Part shown: positions 1-8,071 of the stretch, piece by piece
How positions within the stretch are numbered: position 1 is the stretch's first letter
Layout: each line of letters begins with the position of its first letter
Virus record (IMG/VR): IMGVR_UViG_3300032302_000370
Span: 1 to 26,006 of that record
Strand: one strand, 5' to 3'
Length of the DNA: 26,006 bases
Source: a virus
Taxonomy: Duplodnaviria > Caudoviricetes
Notes under the pieces: model-generated
Told to the model about the DNA's origin: nothing
Seen by the model: only the letters and a program-made list of their open reading frames with translations
The model's database searches: none
Made by a program: the position numbers and the translations under genes

Positions 1-143
1 AGAAAAATGTAAAAAGCTCTTTGACTTTTCTTGGCAAAGAGAATGGTATAGAACATGACTATGAAAGTCTTCATGATGCAATAAATGATCTTGATTTAAA
101 TTTAAAAGTTTGGAACAAGTTAAAATGGCAGATAGAGGTATAA
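1..143 (+). CDS. 3' end of a DEDDh 3'-5' exonuclease (DnaQ/Pol III epsilon-like), 5'-truncated by the window
   Basis: Not in the ORF track. Manual translation from nt 3 gives KNVKSSLTFLGKENGIEHDYESLHDAINDLDLNLKVWNKLKWQIEV*, with TAA at 141-143. LHDAIND matches the ExoIII H-x-A-x-x-D motif, preceded by an SL..L....GI segment typical of DnaQ-like domains. It lies just upstream of dnaE. Confidence 0.8.
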   Translation, partial: KNVKSSLTFLGKENGIEHDYESLHDAINDLDLNLKVWNKLKWQIEV

Positions 144-144
144 A

Positions 145-369
145 ATGGCCTCACTAGATAATGTTTATGATACCATACAAAAACTCGAAGACTATGGGAT
201 AGAATATCTTCTTATAACCATAGAGAAAGGTAAGAAGAAAGGCAAAGCCGATGTATTCTATAGCCTAAAAGATAAAGCCTCAATGAAAATCCTAGCAAAA
301 GGATTGCATGTTTTTAACGAAGAGATAGACAAAATTGAAAAAGAGCAAGAGGATGAAGAAAATAAATAA
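145..369 (+). CDS. Small hypothetical protein (74 aa, acidic C-terminus)
   Basis: ATG starts 1 nt after the exonuclease stop, with SD-like GAGGT at 135-139. Its 3' end overlaps the dnaE start. No recognisable motif. Confidence 0.7.
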   Translation: MASLDNVYDTIQKLEDYGIEYLLITIEKGKKKGKADVFYSLKDKASMKILAKGLHVFNEEIDKIEKEQEDEENK

Positions 370-2944
370 CTATTCTGACCCTAAAGAGTTCTCTGATAAA
401 TTTGAATCTACAGAACTAGACATTCACGGAGTTCGATTACCAGAGTTTGAAATTGACCTAGCTTCCAAAAGACATTTAGGCATAAGTGAAGATTCATCAA
501 ATTATGATTTTTTAAGAGCCTTAGCCTTAAACGGTTTTAAAACTTTAAATATTGATAAAACTAATAAGGATTATAAGAAGTATGTTGATAGGGCAAAGCA
601 TGAATTAGATACGTTAAAAGAGTTAGGATTCATTGATTACATACTATTAGTATGGGATGTTATCCATTTTTGTAAAACTAGCGATATCCCAGTGGGTTTA
701 GGCAGAGGTTCAGCAGCTGGGTCTTTGATATTATACTTGGTGGGTGTTACCAGAATCGATCCAGTTAAATATGACCTCTATTTTGAAAGATTTATATCTA
801 AGATTCGTGCTAAAAAGCAGGTTATTGACGGAGTAACGTATCTAGATGGTAGTTTGATGTGTGACGTAGATTTAGATATTTGTTATTATAATCGTCAAAA
901 AGTACTTCAATATCTGGAGAATAAATTCAAAGGTAAGACTAGTAAGATACTAACCTTTAATAGTTTAAGTGGAAAATTGCTTATTAAAGAGTGTGGTAAA
1001 ATTGTAGCTGAAAAACCAGAGCAAGAAATGACAATGATCTCTTCTTTGATTCCTAAAACTTATGGCCAAGTTAAAGATATTTCAGAAGCATATCAAGAAG
1101 TTGAGCAATTTAAAGAATGGTGCGACCAAAATAAAGGAGCATATAAAATTGCTCTTAAATTAAGAGACTTAATTAAGAATAAAGGAGTTCATCCTTCTGG
1201 AGTATTACTTTCTTATTATGATTTAGAAACTATATGTCCAACAGAGTTTTCTTCAGATAAAGAAGTAGTCTCTAGTTTCGATATGAATTGGGCAAGTGTT
1301 TTTAATATAAAATTAGATATCCTCGGCTTAAGAAGCGTTTCCGTCGTAGACAATGTTTGCAAAAGCATCAATATAAAAATAGAAGATATAGACTTGAATC
1401 ATGAATCTATTTATAGAAACTTACAAGATTTAAAATCACCACATGGTTTATTTCAAATTGAAGCAGAAACTAATTTTAGGGTATGTAGAAAAGTTAAACC
1501 CAAAAATCTAGAAGAGCTTAGTGGCGTTCTTGCTTTAGCTAGACCTGGAGCACTACAATTTGTAGACAAATATGCAGCTCATACAAATTATCAACAATCA
1601 GAAAGTATTCATCCGTTCTTTGATGAAATTTTAAAAGAAACTGGTGGAGTTGCTTTATATCAAGAGCAATTAATGAAAATGGCTCATAAGATTGGCTTTA
1701 CTTTAGACGAAGCAGAGATCTTAAGAAGAATCGTGGGTAAAAAGAAGGTTGACGAAATCAAAGCTTGGCAGAAAAAAATTGAAGAGAAATGTAAACAAAA
1801 TAAAATTCCAAAAGAAGTTAGCGAAATTCTATGGAAGATTCTCGAAGACTCTGCAAATTACTCCTTTAATAAATCTCATTCTATAGCTTATGCTGGTCTA
1901 GCAGCAATTACAATTTATCTTAAGTTTAATTATCCTCAACAATTCTTTTTATCGCTATTAAAGATGAGTAGGAACGAGCCAGACCCAATTGGAGAAATAT
2001 CTAAGATTCAAAAAGAAATGCATAATTTTGGGATTAGACTTCTACCTCCTCATATTATTAAATCAGAAATGGACTTTTCAATAGAAGATAAGGATATTAG
2101 ATTTGGGTTATTATCAATCAAAGGAATTAGCGATAAGTCAATAGAAAAATTAAATAGCTTTAGAAATAAATACTCTAATAAATTTGAGATATTTGAAGCG
2201 GCAGAAGAAGCGGGATTAAATATTGGAGCATTATCCGCGTTAATTCAAGCTGGCGCACTTAGCGGATTCAATCAATCAAGAAGTAAAATAGTACTAGAAG
2301 TCCAATTATGGAACATGCTGACTTCTAAGGAGAAAAAATATGCCATATCATTTGCAGATAAATTTGATTATGATCTAATTAAAATCATTAAGCATCTTAA
2401 TAAGTTCACTGATGAGAAAAATAAAGTGGTCATTAAAGACAATAGGCTAGAGACTATCAAAGAAAAGTATACTCCGTACTTGAGTATATACGAACAAAAT
2501 AATAAAAGCGAAAGCTTTGCTAATTGGTACTACGAGAAGAAACTTTTGGGATATACTTATAATAAAAATTTAAAAGATATCTTTGCCGAGAAAAGAGAAA
2601 ATCTTAAATATATATGTGATGTATTAGATGAAACAGTAAACACCAAAATAGCTTTAGTCGGTCAAATAGAAGAAGTCTTTTCGGGTATATCTAAAAATGC
2701 AAAAAAGACAAGATATGTTAGATTAAAGATATCAGACGAAACAAGCACAATTAGCGTGTTAGTATTCAATGATAATATCGAAACAAATAAATTATTAAAT
2801 GATAGGAATTTTGAAGAAGGAAATATTGTAATAGTTAAAGGGTCGAAAAGAGATGATTGCATATTTGGAGATTTGATAGCTATTCAAGACCATGAGATAT
2901 ATATGAAATTAAATGATTTAAAAAAGATTGATAAAAATAATTGA
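353..2944 (+). CDS. dnaE: DNA polymerase III alpha subunit-like (family C), lacking the N-terminal PHP domain
   Basis: Motifs: GFIDYIL, GLGRGSAAGSL, YFERF, catalytic DVDLD, HPSGV, KLDILGL, LFQIE, YQEQ, FNKSHS, IRFGL..IKGI (HhH) and a C-terminal OB fold (ISDET..ISVLVF). ATG at 353 is preferred over the TTG at 335 used in the ORF track. Confidence 0.93.
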   Translation: MKKINNYSDPKEFSDKFESTELDIHGVRLPEFEIDLASKRHLGISEDSSNYDFLRALALNGFKTLNIDKTNKDYKKYVDRAKHELDTLKELGFIDYILLVWDVIHFCKTSDIPVGLGRGSAAGSLILYLVGVTRIDPVKYDLYFERFISKIRAKKQVIDGVTYLDGSLMCDVDLDICYYNRQKVLQYLENKFKGKTSKILTFNSLSGKLLIKECGKIVAEKPEQEMTMISSLIPKTYGQVKDISEAYQEVEQFKEWCDQNKGAYKIALKLRDLIKNKGVHPSGVLLSYYDLETICPTEFSSDKEVVSSFDMNWASVFNIKLDILGLRSVSVVDNVCKSINIKIEDIDLNHESIYRNLQDLKSPHGLFQIEAETNFRVCRKVKPKNLEELSGVLALARPGALQFVDKYAAHTNYQQSESIHPFFDEILKETGGVALYQEQLMKMAHKIGFTLDEAEILRRIVGKKKVDEIKAWQKKIEEKCKQNKIPKEVSEILWKILEDSANYSFNKSHSIAYAGLAAITIYLKFNYPQQFFLSLLKMSRNEPDPIGEISKIQKEMHNFGIRLLPPHIIKSEMDFSIEDKDIRFGLLSIKGISDKSIEKLNSFRNKYSNKFEIFEAAEEAGLNIGALSALIQAGALSGFNQSRSKIVLEVQLWNMLTSKEKKYAISFADKFDYDLIKIIKHLNKFTDEKNKVVIKDNRLETIKEKYTPYLSIYEQNNKSESFANWYYEKKLLGYTYNKNLKDIFAEKRENLKYICDVLDETVNTKIALVGQIEEVFSGISKNAKKTRYVRLKISDETSTISVLVFNDNIETNKLLNDRNFEEGNIVIVKGSKRDDCIFGDLIAIQDHEIYMKLNDLKKIDKNN

Positions 2945-2969
2945 CATTAGTTTATATTTCGGATAATAT
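2941..2969 (+). promoter_or_regulatory. Sigma70-type promoter, probably leaderless
   Basis: TTGACA (2941-2946), 17-nt spacer, TAATAT (2964-2969), 6 nt, then ATG at 2976. A-rich upstream, no SD. Same geometry as 7257-7285. Confidence 0.75.
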
Positions 2970-2975
2970 ATTTAT

Positions 2976-3524
2976 ATGATATCATTCTACAAACCTAATA
3001 GTAAAAATACAGGCACAGCTTGTAGTTTTAGCGTAAATCCAAAAGACCAATCAATATGGAGCTCACTAATAAAACAAAGCTCTTGGAATGATGCCAAGAA
3101 AATAGGATCATTTTCAGAGAATCAAAATAATCCAAATAAAAGTGTAAAAATTAAATTTTCTTTAGCGGAAGCTGCTGGATTACTAGACGCTCTTGAAAGG
3201 AATTCTGAATTTTCAGCTTATCATACTTCTGAAAAACAAAACACGCAAATCAAGCTTGCCCCATATATTAGAGATGAAAAGCAGGTAGGTTATTCTTATA
3301 TAGTTAATAAAGCGGATAAACAAAATAGCGAAAATAAACAATCATATTTAATTGGTTTTTACTTTAACGAAGGCCGACTTCTCAAAGAATTCTTATCATA
3401 CGCATTATCTTCCACCTTTGAATCTCAAAGGATAGAGTCTATTAAAAAAATCAAAAATCTTAAAAAAGAAAATCAACAGCCCGAAGACGCCAATGCATCA
3501 CCAGAGGATAGTGATCTTTGGTAG
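2976..3524 (+). CDS. Putative single-stranded DNA-binding protein, Whirly/PC4-like fold, with acidic aromatic-ended tail
   Basis: Two predicted beta-strand/helix units. Segments SFYK, KFSLAEAAGLL, FSAYH, IKLAP, GYSYIV and YLIGFYFNEGRLL resemble Whirly segments in the same order. The C-terminus PEDSDLW looks like an SSB tail, and the gene directly follows dnaE. Confidence 0.6.
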   Translation: MISFYKPNSKNTGTACSFSVNPKDQSIWSSLIKQSSWNDAKKIGSFSENQNNPNKSVKIKFSLAEAAGLLDALERNSEFSAYHTSEKQNTQIKLAPYIRDEKQVGYSYIVNKADKQNSENKQSYLIGFYFNEGRLLKEFLSYALSSTFESQRIESIKKIKNLKKENQQPEDANASPEDSDLW

Positions 3525-3528
3525 TTGA

Positions 3529-5445
3529 ATGAAGAAAAAAAAGATATTATTTCAATCCGATTTTAGTTTAGCAAAAACTGGCTTCGGAAGAAACACTAGA
3601 GAACTTTTAACGTATCTGTATAATACAAATAAATACGAGATAGTTAATTATTCTTGCAGTTTACAATATTCTCATCCTCAATTAAAACTTACTCCATGGA
3701 AATCAATTGGATCATTACCAGATAATCCACAAGAGCTAGAGAATTTAAATAAAGATCCAAATATGGCTAGAATGGCTAGCTATGGAGGATACTTATTAGA
3801 TAAAGTTATTAGTGAGGAAAAACCAGACGTTTACATAGCTGTTCAAGATATATGGGGAGTAGATTTTGCTATAGATAAAAAATGGTTTAATAAAATAAAC
3901 TCTGTAATTTGGACTACTCTAGATTCTCTCCCTATCCTTCCATCCGCAGTAGAAAAAGCTCATAAAATTAAAAATTATTGGATTTGGAGTAATTTTGCAA
4001 CAAAAGCATTGCATGAGATGGGACATACTCACGTTAAAACTATGCATGGAGTTTTAAATACTTCTAATTTTTACAAATTGAAAAATCAAGAAAGATTGGA
4101 CCTTAGAAAAAAATATAATATTCCAGCTGACGCTTTTGTAGTAGGGTTTGTTTTCAGAAATCAATTAAGGAAAAGCGTACCTAATTTACTAGAAGGATAC
4201 GCCCTCTGGAAAAGATCCAACCCACAAATCAAAAACACGTTCTTACTTCTTCATACTCATTGGTCGGAAGGCTGGAATATATATAAATTAGCTGATGAAA
4301 TTGGCGTGGACAAAAAAGAAATATTGACTACATACATTTGTAAAAGTTGCGGTAATTACGAAGTTAAACAATTTTCTGGACAAAATATAGATTGCAAATT
4401 TTGCGAAACCAAGCAAAGCCAAATCACTACAAATGTTGGCATTGGAATAACTGAAAATGAATTAAATGAAGTTTACAATTTAATGGATGTTTATTGTCAT
4501 CCATTCACTAGCGGTGGGCAAGAAATTCCTATTCAAGAAGCAAAATTAACTGAACTCATAACTTTGGTAACAAATTATAGTTGCGGAGAAGAAATGTGTG
4601 AACCAGAAGCATACTCATTACCATTAGAATGGTCGGAATATAGAGAGCATGGTACAGAGTTTAAAAAAGCATCAACTAAGCCAAACTCAATAGCTAAACA
4701 AATCAATAAAGTCTACAATTTACCTCCAGCAAAAAGAAAAGAAATGGGAGAAAAAGCTAGACAATGGGTTGTAGACAATTTTTCCGTAGAAGTAGTTGGA
4801 AAAAAAATTGAAGATTTTATAGATAACTCTCCAGAAGTTGATTACGATTTCTCCTCGAAAGAAGAAGAGAGAGATCCATTTTATAAAATTCCAGAAATAG
4901 AAGATAATGGTCAGTGGCTTTTATGTATGTATCATAATATTCTAAAAATGAAAGATGTGAGTGAAAGTGACGAAGGTTACAAATACTGGATGAACGAGTT
5001 TTCTAAGGGTGTAAAAAGGGAAAATGTAGAAAATTATTTCAGACAAGCCGCTGCGAAAGAGAACAAAGAAAACGCTAAAATATCTTTTGAAGACCTATTA
5101 GACAAGGACGACAATGGAAAACGCATATTAATCTGTATACCAGAAAGTGCAGGCGATGTATTCTTGATTTCAAGCCTTTTTAAATCTATAAAAGAAACCT
5201 ATAAAGAATATAACTTGTATGTATCTACAAAACCACAATTTAAAGAAATTCTAGATGGCAACCCATATGTCCACAAAGTTTTAGATTATATTCCAGAAAT
5301 GGATAATCTTTTATGGTTAGAGGGTCAAGGAGACCATAATGGTTATTTTGAAATAGCATTTTTGCCTCATATTGGCACTCAAAGAGTATACAATTATCAA
5401 CACAACGGTAAAGATAAGATCTTATTCAATTTAAATTATGAATAA
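3529..5445 (+). CDS. Multidomain glycosyltransferase: GT4-like (GT-B) with CxxC..CxxC insertion, DUF4214-like helical domain, GT9-like N-terminal half
   Basis: GT4 motifs TGFG, FVVGFVFRNQLRK and LNEVYNLMDVYCHPFTSGGQEIPIQEA. CKSC/CKFC at 4339-4404. MYHNIL..DEGYKYW..G.KRENV..F at about 4915-5040. RILICIPESAGDVFL...EILDGNPYVHKV from 5122. Confidence 0.85.
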   Translation: MKKKKILFQSDFSLAKTGFGRNTRELLTYLYNTNKYEIVNYSCSLQYSHPQLKLTPWKSIGSLPDNPQELENLNKDPNMARMASYGGYLLDKVISEEKPDVYIAVQDIWGVDFAIDKKWFNKINSVIWTTLDSLPILPSAVEKAHKIKNYWIWSNFATKALHEMGHTHVKTMHGVLNTSNFYKLKNQERLDLRKKYNIPADAFVVGFVFRNQLRKSVPNLLEGYALWKRSNPQIKNTFLLLHTHWSEGWNIYKLADEIGVDKKEILTTYICKSCGNYEVKQFSGQNIDCKFCETKQSQITTNVGIGITENELNEVYNLMDVYCHPFTSGGQEIPIQEAKLTELITLVTNYSCGEEMCEPEAYSLPLEWSEYREHGTEFKKASTKPNSIAKQINKVYNLPPAKRKEMGEKARQWVVDNFSVEVVGKKIEDFIDNSPEVDYDFSSKEEERDPFYKIPEIEDNGQWLLCMYHNILKMKDVSESDEGYKYWMNEFSKGVKRENVENYFRQAAAKENKENAKISFEDLLDKDDNGKRILICIPESAGDVFLISSLFKSIKETYKEYNLYVSTKPQFKEILDGNPYVHKVLDYIPEMDNLLWLEGQGDHNGYFEIAFLPHIGTQRVYNYQHNGKDKILFNLNYE

Positions 5446-6079
5446 TTATAAAGTACTAATACCTCAACTTATATCGCCTAAAGGAGCATGGTTTTTTTGG
5501 AAACAAAACGCCGAAAATATATTTAATAATTTAACATTTAAAAATAAAAGTAGAGCTGTACACGATGGCTATATAGGTGGAGACGAACATAGATATGCAA
5601 ATATAATTAAATTAAGAAATAAAATAATACAAGAAAATCTTACGGATGAGCATACTCATGTTTTTTGGATGGATGTGGATATAGTCGAATATCCATTTGA
5701 TATAATAGAAAAATTATTATCCATATCAACTACAGAAGTAGTGGCTCCATATGTTTATATAGAAGACAATAATTGGTGGCCTTGGAAAAGATTTTATGAC
5801 ATATCTTGTTTTATAGATTCAAAAGGTATTGGGTTTGATTATAAATCTCCATACAATACTTCTGATGGAGACGTCAGAACAGAAGTTAACTCTGTGGGCA
5901 CATGCTTTATAACTCCAGCTCACTTGCATAAAAAGATATCATATGATATTAATGACGAAAGAATAGATCATGTACCTTTTTTTGAGAAAGTTAGGGGTTT
6001 AGGACGTAGAATAATAGTGGAACCAAAAATAGAAATCAAACACGCATTCTTGCCAAAATATGGAGAAAGTTTTCATTAA
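5438..6079 (+). CDS. GT-A fold glycosyltransferase (DxD motif; GT2/Anp1-like)
   Basis: LRNKII...HVFWMDVDI (DxD), VVAPY, EVNSVGTC and FFEKVRGLG...I.H. Overlaps the upstream gene by 8 nt (ATGAATAA). Confidence 0.75.
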   Translation: MNNYKVLIPQLISPKGAWFFWKQNAENIFNNLTFKNKSRAVHDGYIGGDEHRYANIIKLRNKIIQENLTDEHTHVFWMDVDIVEYPFDIIEKLLSISTTEVVAPYVYIEDNNWWPWKRFYDISCFIDSKGIGFDYKSPYNTSDGDVRTEVNSVGTCFITPAHLHKKISYDINDERIDHVPFFEKVRGLGRRIIVEPKIEIKHAFLPKYGESFH

Positions 6080-6082
6080 TAT

Positions 6083-7267
6083 ATGCATATACTAGAACAA
6101 TACGCGATTAACTGTGGAGTTAAAATTGATAAACCTTATATTTTGGAAAAATTCTTTCCATTACCTTTTGATAAATTTATTACTTTTCATGCTGTAACTA
6201 AATTTCCTTCTAGACATTATGATTATTTTCAGGAAGTCATAGATTTAATTCATCCATATTTACAAGAAAAAGGTATACATATAGTACAAGTTGGATCAAA
6301 AGATGAGCCATCTTTTGAAAAAACTCAAAGAACAAATGGAATGACAAATTTTAATCAATTAGGTTATATAATAGGCAAGACGATGCTTCACTTTGGGGTA
6401 GACAGCTTTCCCATACATCTAGCGTCTGCTTATGATAAAAAAATTATAGCGCTATATTCCAATGTTTATAAACAAAATTCAAAACCATATTGGGGTGATA
6501 CAAAAAAACAAACATTAATTGAAACTCATAGAAATGGTAAAAAGCCATCATATTCTGTCGCCGAAAATCCTAAAACAATTAATTTAATAAAACCAGAAGA
6601 AATAGCTAAATCAATACTTTCGAGCTTAGGCATCAAGCATGAGATTAATATTGACTGTATTTTTCTGGGAAGAACTTATGGTGCGCAAAAAAAGTTTAAC
6701 CTTGTACCAAATCATTTAGTTCAAAATAATAGTGTTATAGAAACGGTGAATGTAAGAATGGATCTAGTGCACGATGAAGATATGCTTAAAAATCAATTAA
6801 GAATTATGCCGTGCTCAATAACTACTAATAAATCTATAGATTGCGATATTCTCAAAACATTCAAAGGAAATATTATTGGCATAAACATAATGCTAGAAGA
6901 TGAAAACGAGCTAGATTTTATTAAAAATATAAAAAGTTTAAATATTAAATATGGATTATATTCTTTTTTAGATGAAGAAGCCTTAAATAAAATTAAATTA
7001 AAATACATGGACTACGGTTTGATTACAGCATTAAGATTTGATACCGAGAAAATTATTAAAATTATTAACGATAATAAAAGTAAAAAAATATTTTATAAAA
7101 CCAATGAATTTTATTTGAGCAACGGAAATGTTTACTTAAGCGAATATGACTTTTTATTCGATAAAAATGCTCAAAAAAATTTAAAACAAAACTACGCTGA
7201 ATTTCATAGTGAAAATATCTTAAAAGAAAATCCAGAGAAATACATACTTTTTACAATTGACAATTAA
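6083..7267 (+). CDS. GT9 (heptosyltransferase-like) C-terminal half plus an unknown C-terminal domain
   Basis: FITFH..SRHYDYF, IVQVG and FNQLGYII..LHFGVDSFPIHLASAYDKKIIALY match the GT9 G.DS.P.HLA.A motif. The GDV-containing N-terminal GT9 segment is absent. Confidence 0.8.
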   Translation: MHILEQYAINCGVKIDKPYILEKFFPLPFDKFITFHAVTKFPSRHYDYFQEVIDLIHPYLQEKGIHIVQVGSKDEPSFEKTQRTNGMTNFNQLGYIIGKTMLHFGVDSFPIHLASAYDKKIIALYSNVYKQNSKPYWGDTKKQTLIETHRNGKKPSYSVAENPKTINLIKPEEIAKSILSSLGIKHEINIDCIFLGRTYGAQKKFNLVPNHLVQNNSVIETVNVRMDLVHDEDMLKNQLRIMPCSITTNKSIDCDILKTFKGNIIGINIMLEDENELDFIKNIKSLNIKYGLYSFLDEEALNKIKLKYMDYGLITALRFDTEKIIKIINDNKSKKIFYKTNEFYLSNGNVYLSEYDFLFDKNAQKNLKQNYAEFHSENILKENPEKYILFTIDN

Positions 7268-7285
7268 TCATATTCATAGTAAAGT
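7257..7285 (+). promoter_or_regulatory. Sigma70-type promoter, probably leaderless
   Basis: TTGACA (7257-7262), 17-nt spacer, TAAAGT (7280-7285), 6 nt, then ATG at 7292. No SD. Confidence 0.75.
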
Positions 7286-7291
7286 ATAAGT

Positions 7292-8071
7292 ATGGATACA
7301 GAAACAACAATCATTACCCCTAATATATCATATCATCTGAATACTCCTGAACCAGAGGCCATAAATAAACCTCCAAAATATATCGCAAGGAATAAGTTTG
7401 GTCTTCTAGAAGATCAAACTATAAAATACATTTTTAATGAGGACAATACTATTAATTGGATAGCAATGGTTAAAACTCAATATCTAGTCCCAAATAGACA
7501 AAAGACTCAAGAAACAGACGTGTCTAAACTAGAAGATAAAAATTTGCTTATCCTTTTAGGAGGGATTAAAGAATTGGCTCAAATTCGCGGTTATACGACA
7601 GTTGAATATAAAGTGGTCGCAGCAAGCGAAAGCTATTTTGCTACAAGCTGCCGTATAACTTGGATTCCAAATTATGAAACAGATAGTAGGGCTGTTACTT
7701 TTGAAGCATTAGCGGATGCCACAACAAACAACACAAAAAGCTTTGCTAGATTTTTTCTAGCAGCAATAGCTGAAAATAGAGCTTTCGTTAGATGTGTTAG
7801 AAATTTTTTAAAAATCAATATTGTAAGTCAAGAAGAGCTTGGAGATGTAAAACTTTTAGAAGAGCCCAATTTCGCCTCGGATAAAAATCCAACCTCTCCT
7901 CAATCTTTGTTGGAAAAAATTATGAAAGAAAAAAGTATAACTTTTGATTCTCTCAAAACCAAATTAATAAAAGAAGAATTTGAAAAATCTCAAGATTTTA
8001 ATTCTATTTTAGATATACCAAAGTCTAAAATTTTTGAATTAATTGAAAGACTTAAAAAAGTTAAAAATTAA
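7292..8071 (+). CDS. Putative ssDNA-annealing/recombination protein (Rad52/Sak/ERF-like)
   Basis: GIKELAQIRG, a beta-hairpin region, FEALADA and AIAENRAFVRCVRNFLKI..SQEEL resemble the AET.A..RA.R...G...EE core of phage Rad52-superfamily SSAPs. A linker leads to a small helical C-terminal domain. Confidence 0.6.
   Translation: MDTETTIITPNISYHLNTPEPEAINKPPKYIARNKFGLLEDQTIKYIFNEDNTINWIAMVKTQYLVPNRQKTQETDVSKLEDKNLLILLGGIKELAQIRGYTTVEYKVVAASESYFATSCRITWIPNYETDSRAVTFEALADATTNNTKSFARFFLAAIAENRAFVRCVRNFLKINIVSQEELGDVKLLEEPNFASDKNPTSPQSLLEKIMKEKSITFDSLKTKLIKEEFEKSQDFNSILDIPKSKIFELIERLKKVKN

Noticed and set aside
121-149. Short direct repeat TAAAATGGC at 121-129 and 141-149
   Set aside because: Only 9 bp and two copies in AT-rich coding sequence, which is compatible with chance.
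353-2944. Intein or intron in dnaE, or intein-mediated trans-splicing of a split DnaE
   Set aside because: No intein-like terminal motifs or homing endonuclease were seen, and the conserved motifs are contiguous with near-normal spacing.
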